Assembly (NCBI GenBank): GCA_040905465.1
Contig: JBBDRK010000015.1
Location: 1-27,797, forward strand
Direction of reading: 5' to 3'
DNA length: 27,797 nt
DNA from: Trueperaceae bacterium
GTDB lineage: Bacteria > Deinococcota > Deinococci > Deinococcales > Trueperaceae
This document shows, piece by piece, positions 18,620-26,421 of the stretch (within the stretch, counting starts at the first letter, position 1; every line of letters begins with the position of its first letter). The notes under the pieces are model-generated. The model was not told the origin of the DNA. It saw nothing but the letters and a program-made list of their open reading frames with translations, and made no database searches. The translations under genes and the position numbers were made by a program.

Positions 18620-18988
18620 ATGGAAGTAAACGTGGTTCTCAGCTCCGAGGAGATCATCCGCGGCCTGAAACATTACCGGCGAATCGCCAAGCAGGACCTG
18701 TTGCTTTCGGCCGAGGCGGAGAACCCCAAATCCTTTCGTTGTCATGCCGAAGCGCGTCGAGGTATCTACTCACACCTGAGCCACCTTGCCGAAACCCGCA
18801 GCCCCGGCGAGGTCGTACAGGAAGCGTTGCGGTGCTACCAGGAGTTGCCCTTCGTCACCGGCACCTCCAGCGCCGAGTACAGCGACGTCAAGGGGCGCGA
18901 AAACGCACTCGAGAACTTCTTCCTCCTGGTAGGGCTCGAGCCCAAGATCCGGCGTGAAGTAAGGAGCCAGCGACCTGCCCTCAGATAA
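18620..18988 (+). CDS. Hypothetical protein (122 aa, probably alpha-helical)
   Basis: SD AAGGGAG (18607-18613) before ATG 18620; MEVNVVLSSEEIIRGLKHYRRIAKQD...; normal codon bias; no motif recognised. Confidence 0.8.
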   Translation: MEVNVVLSSEEIIRGLKHYRRIAKQDLLLSAEAENPKSFRCHAEARRGIYSHLSHLAETRSPGEVVQEALRCYQELPFVTGTSSAEYSDVKGRENALENFFLLVGLEPKIRREVRSQRPALR

Positions 18989-19028
18989 GCGCGAATACGG
19001 CGCGGCGGACCTGTGGTAGACGTATAGC

Positions 19029-19643
19029 GTGACACTGGCAGACCTTGAATCGAAAGCTGCGGCCAAGGATCCGGCGCTGGCCGAGTTGAGCAACAACCTC
19101 GTTTTCGGCGAGGGCAATCCGGACGCCCGACTGGTGCTCGTGGGCGAGGCACCTGGCCAAGAGGAGGACCTGTCGGGACGGCCGTTCGTGGGACGAGCCG
19201 GGCAGCTCCTCGACCGCATCCTGGCGAGCGTCGACCTCGACCGCGACGAAATCTACATAACCAACATCGTCAAGTTCCGGCCCCCGGACAACCGCAACCC
19301 CCGGCCGGAGGAAGTCGCGGCAAGCGAGCCGTTGCTCATAGAACAACTTCGGCTTATCCGACCGCAGATAATCGCGACCCTGGGAAACGTAGCCACACAG
19401 CACTTCCTGCGGACACGCGAGGGAATCAGCAAGTGCCGGGGTAGTTGGCGCGAATGGAACGGCATAAGGCTCTTCCCTCTGTACCACCCGGCGTACCTGT
19501 TACGGAACCCGAGTCGCGAACACGGTTCACCCAAGTGGCAGATGTGGGAAGACATGAAGACGTTGCGCGTCGCGATGGACTCTTTGGGTCCGAAGTCACC
19601 ACTTTTGGCCCTGGACACCGCCAAGCAGGGCGAGTTGTTCTGA
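19029..19643 (+). CDS. udg: Uracil-DNA glycosylase, family 4
   Basis: VFGEG, GEAPG, GRPFVGRAGQLL, NIVKFRPPDNRNP, YHPAYLLRNP. Confidence 0.93.
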   Translation: MTLADLESKAAAKDPALAELSNNLVFGEGNPDARLVLVGEAPGQEEDLSGRPFVGRAGQLLDRILASVDLDRDEIYITNIVKFRPPDNRNPRPEEVAASEPLLIEQLRLIRPQIIATLGNVATQHFLRTREGISKCRGSWREWNGIRLFPLYHPAYLLRNPSREHGSPKWQMWEDMKTLRVAMDSLGPKSPLLALDTAKQGELF

Positions 19644-20090
19644 GTGCGCGCGCTTCTGCAGAGGGTGAGCAGCGCCGCCGTGAGCTCGAACGGACGCCGG
19701 CTGGGCGAAGTAGGTCACGGTCTCCTGGTGCTGCTGGGGGTAGCGCCGGGAGACGATCACGCCACCGCAGTGCAACTTGCGGCCAAGGTGGCGAAACTGC
19801 GGGTATTCGCCGATGACGAAGGCAAGATGAACCTCAGCATCGGCGACGTCTCCGGAGCGGTGCTGGCGGTAAGCCAGTTCACGCTGTACGGCGATGCGCG
19901 CAGAGGCAACCGACCGTCCTATACCGGGGCCGCTCGTCCCGAGCAGGCGGAACCGATATTCGACGCTTTCGTGACGGCCCTGCGCGCGTCGGGTCTCTCG
20001 GTCGCGACCGGCCGGTTCGGTGCGGACATGCAGGTCGAACTGGTCAACGACGGGCCCGTGACGTTGTGGCTCGACAGCGACGAGCTGTAG
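19644..20090 (+). CDS. dtd: D-aminoacyl-tRNA deacylase
   Basis: MRALLQRV, GKMNLS, VSQFTL, FGADMQVELVNDGPVT. Confidence 0.97.
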   Translation: MRALLQRVSSAAVSSNGRRLGEVGHGLLVLLGVAPGDDHATAVQLAAKVAKLRVFADDEGKMNLSIGDVSGAVLAVSQFTLYGDARRGNRPSYTGAARPEQAEPIFDAFVTALRASGLSVATGRFGADMQVELVNDGPVTLWLDSDEL

Positions 20091-20117
20091 AGGTGGCCGC
20101 GGGGACAAGGAGAAGTC

Positions 20118-20546
20118 ATCGATAACCTGTTCGCACTCATCACTCTCCTTCCGCTACCGATCTGGCTGGCGATGCTGCTCTTTCCCAGCACTCGGACGAC
20201 CCAGCGGATTGTCACTTCGGCGTGGCCGTTCCTCATCCTGGGCGCCCTCCATGCGCTGCTCCTGGTAGCCGCCCTGGCAACGCTCTTCCCCGCCGAGTTG
20301 GGCCTCTCGGGCCGGTCCTTCCGGAGCGCCTTGGCCGGCAGTTGGGGGTTCCTGGCCATCTGGAGTCATCTGCTCACCCTGGACCTCTTCGCCGGAGTGT
20401 GGATCTTCCGCGACGCCCGCTACTGGGCGGTTCGCCCCGCGCCCTACCTGCTGGCGACCCTGGTTGCAGGACCGATCGGCCTAGGGCTCTATCTGTACGT
20501 GCGTAAGCAGCGCGAAATTCGCGATCCGATCCGCGACCTGAACTGA
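20118..20546 (+). CDS. ABA4-like (DUF4281) membrane protein, probable ATC start
   Basis: IDNLFALITLLPLPIWLAMLLFP...WSHLLTLDLFAGVWIFRD...GPIGLGLY; SD AAGGAG at 20107-20112; no in-frame ATG/GTG/TTG between the dtd stop and 20172. Confidence 0.8.
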   Translation: MDNLFALITLLPLPIWLAMLLFPSTRTTQRIVTSAWPFLILGALHALLLVAALATLFPAELGLSGRSFRSALAGSWGFLAIWSHLLTLDLFAGVWIFRDARYWAVRPAPYLLATLVAGPIGLGLYLYVRKQREIRDPIRDLN

Positions 20547-20565
20547 GATTCGGTCGGGCGCTGTC

Positions 20566-20594
20566 TTGACAGTACCGCCGGCGACGGATAACTT
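20566..20594 (+). promoter_or_regulatory. Promoter of the metal ABC operon
   Basis: TTGACA (20566-20571), 17 nt, TAACTT (20589-20594). Confidence 0.8.
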
Positions 20595-20606
20595 AGGTAT
20601 GGCTAA
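20593..20606. promoter_or_regulatory. DtxR/MntR-family operator
   Basis: TTAGGTATGGCTAA (TTAG-N6-CTAA dyad, similar to the DtxR/MntR core TTAGGTTAGCCTAA) overlapping the -10 and predicted TSS of a metal importer. Confidence 0.72.
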
Positions 20607-20719
20607 ACGAAAAGTGCGCCGGCCCACACGTCGCCGGCCCCTTGAACCCGGCACCCGAAACCCCGGCAGCACGATTCCCAGCCCCACGCAGCAGCGCCTG
20701 AGTTCAATGGAGGTCATAC

Positions 20720-21718
20720 GTGCGGTACCCGACAGGCTACTTTCTGTTCCAACCCCTTCTCGCCACGGTAATCGCGCTGCTTCTTCCTTGGAGCACAGGA
20801 CAAGGTGAACCGCTGGCGGTAGCAACCACCGTCGGAATGATCGCCGACGTCGTTGAGGAGATCGGAGCACAATGCACCGATGTCACTCCTATCATGGGCA
20901 GCGGAGTCGATCCACACGTGTACCAGGCGAGCGCCCGCGACGTCCGGACGTTCGGCCAGGCCGACGTGATCTTTTACGCCGGCTACTCCCTGGAAGGGCA
21001 GCTCGGTGAGGTACTGGCCGGCTTCGCGACACGCAAGCCGACGGTGGCGGTCTCCCCCAGCGGCATCGATCCGGCCAGGCTCATCACCACTCAGGATATC
21101 TACGGCGTCGATCCCCACGTATGGATGGATGTGAGCATGTGGTCCGGAATCGTTCCGGTGGTGGCTTCCACCCTGAGCGAATTGAGGCCGGACTGCGCCG
21201 AGGCTATCGGCGCCAACACCGAGCGCTACCAGGCCGAACTCGCCGCCCTGCACGAATGGGTCTCTCAGGCGGTCGCCTCCATACCGGACGAGAGCAGGAT
21301 CCTGGTTACCGCCCATGACGCCTTCGCCTACTACGGTCGGACCTACGGCATCGAAGTCGCCGGCATCCAGGGAATCAGCACCGAGTCGGAGGCAGGGGTT
21401 GCCGACATCCGGGAGATGGCAAGGGTGGTCGCCGAGCGGAAGGTTCCGGCGGTGTTCCTCGAGACCACCATCAACTCGCGGACGATTCAGGCGGTGGTCG
21501 ACGCCGCGGAGCGACTGGGTCACCGAGTACGAATAGGCTCCCTGCTCTTCTCCGACGCCATGGGCGAGGAGGGTACCGCCGGCGGAACTTACATCGGCAT
21601 GATCTACGAAAATACCGTGAACATCGTCGGTGACCTGGGAGGCACCTTGCCTGCGCTGCCGCCCGCCTTGAACGACTGGGCACGGAAGTGGAACCTGGTG
21701 GCGGATGGCCGATACTAG
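20720..21718 (+). CDS. Mn/Zn/Fe ABC transporter substrate-binding protein (TroA/MntA-like)
   Basis: Signal peptide; DPHVY, DPHVW, TAHDAFAYYG, SDAMG (His3-Asp site); SD GGAGG at 20709-20713. Confidence 0.93.
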   Translation: MRYPTGYFLFQPLLATVIALLLPWSTGQGEPLAVATTVGMIADVVEEIGAQCTDVTPIMGSGVDPHVYQASARDVRTFGQADVIFYAGYSLEGQLGEVLAGFATRKPTVAVSPSGIDPARLITTQDIYGVDPHVWMDVSMWSGIVPVVASTLSELRPDCAEAIGANTERYQAELAALHEWVSQAVASIPDESRILVTAHDAFAYYGRTYGIEVAGIQGISTESEAGVADIREMARVVAERKVPAVFLETTINSRTIQAVVDAAERLGHRVRIGSLLFSDAMGEEGTAGGTYIGMIYENTVNIVGDLGGTLPALPPALNDWARKWNLVADGRY

Positions 21719-22505
21719 CCCGATGAACGCCGCCGGGCATGAACCGAGACTGGCGGTGCATGTCGAGGACCTGACCGTCAGCTACCACGACAAACCGGTG
21801 CTCTGGGACATCGACCTGGACGTGCCACCCGGCGTCCTGGCGGGGATCATCGGCCCCAATGGCGCCGGCAAGAGCACGCTCATCAAGACCATCCTCGGCC
21901 TGGTTCGGCCCGCCGCAGGTCACGTCTACATTCATGGCCGGCCCTACGCAGAGCAGCGACGCCGGGTCGGATACGTGCCGCAACGCTCCAGCGTCGACTG
22001 GGACTTTCCGACCACGGCGCTGGACGTTGTGACCATGGGCCTCTACGGCCGGCTGGGCTGGATCAGGCGGCCGCGCCGCGCACACCTGGAACTGGCCCGC
22101 GCGGCCCTGGCTTCGGTGGCTATGGAGGGTTTCGCCGACCGCCAGATCAGCCAGCTCTCCGGCGGCCAGCAGCAGCGGGTGTTCCTGGCTCGCGCGCTGG
22201 TTCAGGAAGCCGACGTGTACTTCCTCGACGAGCCGCTCGCCGGCGTGGACGCGGTTACCGAGCGCGCCATCATCGACATCCTGCGCGAGTTACGGGCGCG
22301 CGGGAAGACGGTGATAGCGGTACATCACGATCTTCAGACCGTGCGCAGCTACTTCGACTGGTTGTTGGTGCTGAACGTGCGAACCATCGCCCAGGGCCCG
22401 GTGTCCGAGGTGTATAGCGCCACCAACCTGCGGGCCGCCTACGGCGGGCAGGTGGCGCTGCTCGAAGGCGATGAGCTGCCGACCTTCGCCACGGAACCGC
22501 AATAA
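21705..22505 (+). CDS. Metal ABC transporter ATP-binding protein (TroB/MntB-like)
   Basis: GPNGAGKST, YVPQR..VDWDFP, LSGGQQQRVFLARAL, LDEP, VHHDL; alternative start at 21723. Confidence 0.95.
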   Translation: MADTSPMNAAGHEPRLAVHVEDLTVSYHDKPVLWDIDLDVPPGVLAGIIGPNGAGKSTLIKTILGLVRPAAGHVYIHGRPYAEQRRRVGYVPQRSSVDWDFPTTALDVVTMGLYGRLGWIRRPRRAHLELARAALASVAMEGFADRQISQLSGGQQQRVFLARALVQEADVYFLDEPLAGVDAVTERAIIDILRELRARGKTVIAVHHDLQTVRSYFDWLLVLNVRTIAQGPVSEVYSATNLRAAYGGQVALLEGDELPTFATEPQ

Positions 22506-22508
22506 CCG

Positions 22509-23651
22509 GTGATGGAGGCGCTGTTCGCCTTCCTGGGCGATTACACCATCCAGAACGTATTGATCGGCGCTGCGCTGCTGGGACTCAGCAGCGGCGCACT
22601 GGGCGCCTTCGCAGTATTGCGGCAACAGAGCCTGCTGGGCGACGCCCTTTCTCACGCGACGCTTCCCGGCGTCGCCCTGGGCTTCATGGCCGCCGGAACC
22701 CGCCACTTGGGCAGCATCATGCTGGGTGCTCTCCTTACCGGTGCGGCCGCCGCACTACTGGTCGTGCTCCTTACCCAGCGCAGCCGGCTCAAGACCGACG
22801 CCGCGCTCGGCATCGCCCTGAGCACGTTCTTCGCGCTCGGGGTGGTCCTCCTGACCCGCATCCAGCAGTCCGGCAACGCCTCCCAGGGAGGCCTCGACTC
22901 GTTCCTGTTCGGACAGGCGGCGGCCATCCTGCGAAGCGACCTGTGGGTGATGGCCGCCCTGGCGCTCGCCGCGCTGGGGCTCCTGACCGTTCTCTGGAAA
23001 GAGTTCAAGCTGGCGACCTTCGATCCCACCTTCGCCCGGTCGCTGGGCCTCCCGGTGATGCTGCTGGAAACCGCCCTCACGGTGATGATCGCCCTGGCCA
23101 TCGTTATCGGTCTGCAGATGGTGGGCGTGGTGCTGATGGCGGCGATGGTGGTAGCGCCGGCCGCGGCCGCTCGCCAGTGGAGCACCCGCCTGGAGGGCAT
23201 GGTGCTTCTCTCCGCCGCAATCGGCGCAACCGGCGGGGTGGCGGGCGCGGTCCTGAGCGCAACCGGCCGGAACCTTGCTACCGGACCGCTGATCGTTCTC
23301 ACCATCACGGCGATCGTCCTGTTCTCGCTCCTGGCGGCGCCCGAGCGCGGCCTCCTGTGGGCGGCCGTCCAACGCCGCCGAGCAGGCGCGATGCTGCACG
23401 ACCGAAGAGTGCTCGCCACCTTGTTGCGACTCAGCGACGAACACGCCGATCGCGCTTACGGCGCGGAACAGGGAATGCTGAAGGTGCTCCACGGGCTCGG
23501 GACGGTGGCGAGCCTGCACGGACTGGAACGGCGCGGCCAGGTGCGGCGCGTCGAGCACATGCCCGAGGAAGGCATCCACTGGGCGTTGACAGAGAGCGGT
23601 AGAGAGGCAGCCGAGCAGACGCTTGCCGAACTGGAGGCCGGTGAGTCGTGA
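22509..23651 (+). CDS. Metal ABC transporter permease (TroC/MntC-like) with C-terminal winged-helix-like extension
   Basis: SLLGDALSHATLPG, DAALG, FLFGQAA, KEFKLATFDP, VGVVLM; ~90-aa soluble tail ending WALTESGREAA. Confidence 0.92.
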   Translation: MMEALFAFLGDYTIQNVLIGAALLGLSSGALGAFAVLRQQSLLGDALSHATLPGVALGFMAAGTRHLGSIMLGALLTGAAAALLVVLLTQRSRLKTDAALGIALSTFFALGVVLLTRIQQSGNASQGGLDSFLFGQAAAILRSDLWVMAALALAALGLLTVLWKEFKLATFDPTFARSLGLPVMLLETALTVMIALAIVIGLQMVGVVLMAAMVVAPAAAARQWSTRLEGMVLLSAAIGATGGVAGAVLSATGRNLATGPLIVLTITAIVLFSLLAAPERGLLWAAVQRRRAGAMLHDRRVLATLLRLSDEHADRAYGAEQGMLKVLHGLGTVASLHGLERRGQVRRVEHMPEEGIHWALTESGREAAEQTLAELEAGES

Positions 23652-24814
23652 TCCAGGCAGTTCTGACCAACATACCGTTCTCGATAATGGCGACCGGCGC
23701 CCTCGTGGGCATAGCCGCCACGCTCGTGGGAACGTTCCTGGTCCTGCGCCGCAGCAGCATGCTCGCCGATGCCATCAGCCACTCCATAGTCTTCGGCATC
23801 GCGATCGTCTGGCTTCTCACCGGACTCGCCAGCGGACCCGTCCAGATCTTCGGGGCCGCCCTTACCGGAGTCCTCACCGTGGTGCTCATCGAGATGCTCA
23901 CCGCCACCAGGCGAGTCAAGAACGACGCGGCGATAGGGCTGGTGTTCCCGGCCCTCTTCTCGGCCGGCGTCCTGCTCCTCAACGTCTACGCCCGCGACGT
24001 ACACATCGACGCGCATACCGTGCTGCTGGGCGAGATCGGCTTCGTCTGGCTCGATACCGTTTCACTCGGCGGGATCGAGGTGCCCCGCGCCCTGGTTTCG
24101 ATGGCCAGCCTCACGCTCGTCAACCTGGCCTTCGTGTCCATCCTGTACAAAGAACTGAAGTTGGCGACGTTCGACGAGGGGTTGGCGCGCTCACTCGGCT
24201 TCTACCCGGGAGTGCTGTTCTACGCGCTGCTGACGCTCACGAGTTCCACGGCCGTGGCCGCCTTCGACGCCGTGGGCGCGATCCTGTTCGTGGCGTTCGT
24301 GATCGTGCCGCCGTCGGCTGCCTACCTGCTGACCGACCGGCTCTGGCGGATGATCCTCTACGGTTGCGCCATCTCGCTGATCTCCAGTGTCGGCGGTTAC
24401 TACCTGGCGGTCATGTGGAACGTCTCGATCGGCGGGATGATGGCACTGGCGACCGGGGCCTTCCTGTTGCTGGCACTGACCTTCGGCCCGCGCTACGGCC
24501 TCATAGCGCAGGAGTTGCGGCGCCGGGGGGAGAGTTCTCGCAACGACCGGCGTGCCCTGGTGGTCCACCTCCACAACCACGAGACCGCGCCCGAGCGCGA
24601 CGAGGAGAGCACTCCCGAGGCGTTGCGCGAACACCTGCGCTGGAATGCGGTTCGGGCACAGCGCGTTCTGCGCGGCGCCCTCGCCCGGGAGCTGGTGACG
24701 CTCGACGCCGACAACATCCGACTCACGCCCGGCGGCCGGGCGCTCGCCCGCGAGGTGCTGGAACCGTGGCGCCGGCCTGTCGCCGCCGCCGCTACCACAA
24801 CTCGGCGCAGGTAA
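23648..24814 (+). CDS. Metal ABC transporter permease (TroD/MntD-like) with C-terminal winged-helix-like extension
   Basis: MLADAISHS, DAAIGLVFP, VHIDAHTVLLGEI, KELKLATFD, AFDAVGAIL; tail ...LREHLRW...IRLTPGGRALA; GTGA overlap with the previous gene. Confidence 0.92.
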   Translation: MIQAVLTNIPFSIMATGALVGIAATLVGTFLVLRRSSMLADAISHSIVFGIAIVWLLTGLASGPVQIFGAALTGVLTVVLIEMLTATRRVKNDAAIGLVFPALFSAGVLLLNVYARDVHIDAHTVLLGEIGFVWLDTVSLGGIEVPRALVSMASLTLVNLAFVSILYKELKLATFDEGLARSLGFYPGVLFYALLTLTSSTAVAAFDAVGAILFVAFVIVPPSAAYLLTDRLWRMILYGCAISLISSVGGYYLAVMWNVSIGGMMALATGAFLLLALTFGPRYGLIAQELRRRGESSRNDRRALVVHLHNHETAPERDEESTPEALREHLRWNAVRAQRVLRGALARELVTLDADNIRLTPGGRALAREVLEPWRRPVAAAATTTRRR

Positions 24815-24921
24815 GCTGGGGGACGTCCCGGCGGGGCCGATGTTGTAGAGTGTGTGGCGCTACCTTTTGATTACCGGCCTAGAGTGCGACTTGGCTGAAA
24901 GTTAGCCAAGGAAGGACACTC

Positions 24922-26322
24922 ATGTCATTTGAGCGATTCAAGCTCCACACTCGTGTGGATGCAGGAGTTGCGGCGGCTGGTTACAGCACCCCGACTCCGA
25001 TACAAGAGAAGACCATAGAGCCGGCCATGGCCGGACGCGACGTTCTGGGCCTGGCTCAGACCGGCACCGGCAAGACGGCCGCGTTCGTGCTGCCGCTCCT
25101 CCACCGCCTGATCGACGGCCCCCGCGGGTTCGTGCGGGCGCTCGTCGTCGCGCCTACCCGGGAGCTCGCCGAACAGATCAACGCTGAGATAGGCGTCCTG
25201 GGCAGGTCGACCGACCTGCGCTCCGCCACGGTCTACGGCGGCGTGGGCAAGGCGCCGCAGATTCGCGCATTGCGGGGCCGAGCCGAAATCATCGTGGCCT
25301 GCCCGGGTCGCCTGCTCGATCACATGCAGCAGCGAGACGCCGACCTCTCCAGGCTCGAAGTCCTGGTGCTGGACGAGGCCGATCATATGTTCGACATGGG
25401 CTTCCTGCCGGCGATTCGGCGGATCATGAAGCACGTGCCCGACTCGGCCCAGCGGCTCCTGTTCTCGGCGACCATGCCGGACGAACTGCGTCAGCTCACC
25501 AAGGGCGTGCTCCGTACCCCGGAGGTCGTGGAGATCGGCCGGGCGGCGCCGGCAAAGACCGTCGCCCACGCCCTCTACCCGGTGGCGAGCCAGCAGAAGA
25601 CGGAGCTGCTCAAGTTCCTGCTGCGGCGCGACGACGCCCGCTCGGTACTGGTATTCACCCGCACCAAGCACGGCGCCAAGCGTCTGGCGGCGCAACTCGA
25701 TCGCGAGAACTTCTTCGTGGCGTCGCTGCAAGGGAATCTCTCCCAGAACAAGCGCCAGCAGGCGCTCGACGGCTTCCGCGACGGCAAGTTCCACATCCTG
25801 GTGGCAACCGACATAGCCGCTCGTGGCATCGATGTCACACGAGTCTCCCACGTGATCAACTACGACATCCCTTCGACCGGAGACGCCTATACCCACCGGA
25901 TCGGACGAACCGGGCGCGCCGAGCGCTCCGGCGAAGCGTTCACTTTCATCACCGACGACGACAGCAAGGCGCTCCGGACCATCGAGCGCGAGCTCGGAAT
26001 GCAACTCGAACGGGTGCGCGTCGAAGGCTTCACCTATGAAGCGGAGAACGGCGTCAAGGCGCGCGAGAGCGTTGCCGGACGACGTGGCAGCGGGCAACGA
26101 GCCGGCGGCAATCGGAGCAACGGCCAGGCGGTCGGCGGCCAGCGGAGCAACGGCCGCGGAAACTCGCAAGGCAACGGCAACCGCGGCGGTCAGAGCACGG
26201 GCAACCGGGGCGGCTCGCACAACCGGAACGCCAGCGCACCTCAGCAGGGGCAGAAACGCGACTCGAAGAGAAGCGGCGGAAACTCCCGGTCACGCCATGC
26301 CGGCGCCTCGGGCAACGACTGA
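24922..26322 (+). CDS. DEAD-box RNA helicase (RhlE-like) with G/N/R/S/Q-rich tail
   Basis: PTPIQ, AQTGTGKT, PTRELA, GG, CPGRLLD, DEAD, SAT, ARGID, HRIGRTGR. Confidence 0.95.
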   Translation: MSFERFKLHTRVDAGVAAAGYSTPTPIQEKTIEPAMAGRDVLGLAQTGTGKTAAFVLPLLHRLIDGPRGFVRALVVAPTRELAEQINAEIGVLGRSTDLRSATVYGGVGKAPQIRALRGRAEIIVACPGRLLDHMQQRDADLSRLEVLVLDEADHMFDMGFLPAIRRIMKHVPDSAQRLLFSATMPDELRQLTKGVLRTPEVVEIGRAAPAKTVAHALYPVASQQKTELLKFLLRRDDARSVLVFTRTKHGAKRLAAQLDRENFFVASLQGNLSQNKRQQALDGFRDGKFHILVATDIAARGIDVTRVSHVINYDIPSTGDAYTHRIGRTGRAERSGEAFTFITDDDSKALRTIERELGMQLERVRVEGFTYEAENGVKARESVAGRRGSGQRAGGNRSNGQAVGGQRSNGRGNSQGNGNRGGQSTGNRGGSHNRNASAPQQGQKRDSKRSGGNSRSRHAGASGND

Positions 26323-26334
26323 GTATGACCCTCC

Positions 26335-26379
26335 CGGTCCGTTCACCGGCGCGCCTACCGCGCGGCCGCGAACGGACCG
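26335..26379. terminator. GC-rich hairpin downstream of the helicase gene
   Basis: CGGTCCGTTC/GAACGGACCG 10-bp inverted repeat enclosing GCGCG/CGCGC; no U-tract. Confidence 0.4.
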
Positions 26380-26421
26380 CCCCGGTGCGGCCTCGGCTGA
26401 GCTGAACGCCCATACAATCCG

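Noticed and set aside
20599..20808. Arg-rich leader peptide MAKRKVRRPTRRR... before the metal ABC operon
   Set aside because: The ATG lies inside the operator only 4 nt after the -10, probably upstream of the TSS, and the ORF overlaps the binding-protein gene out of frame.
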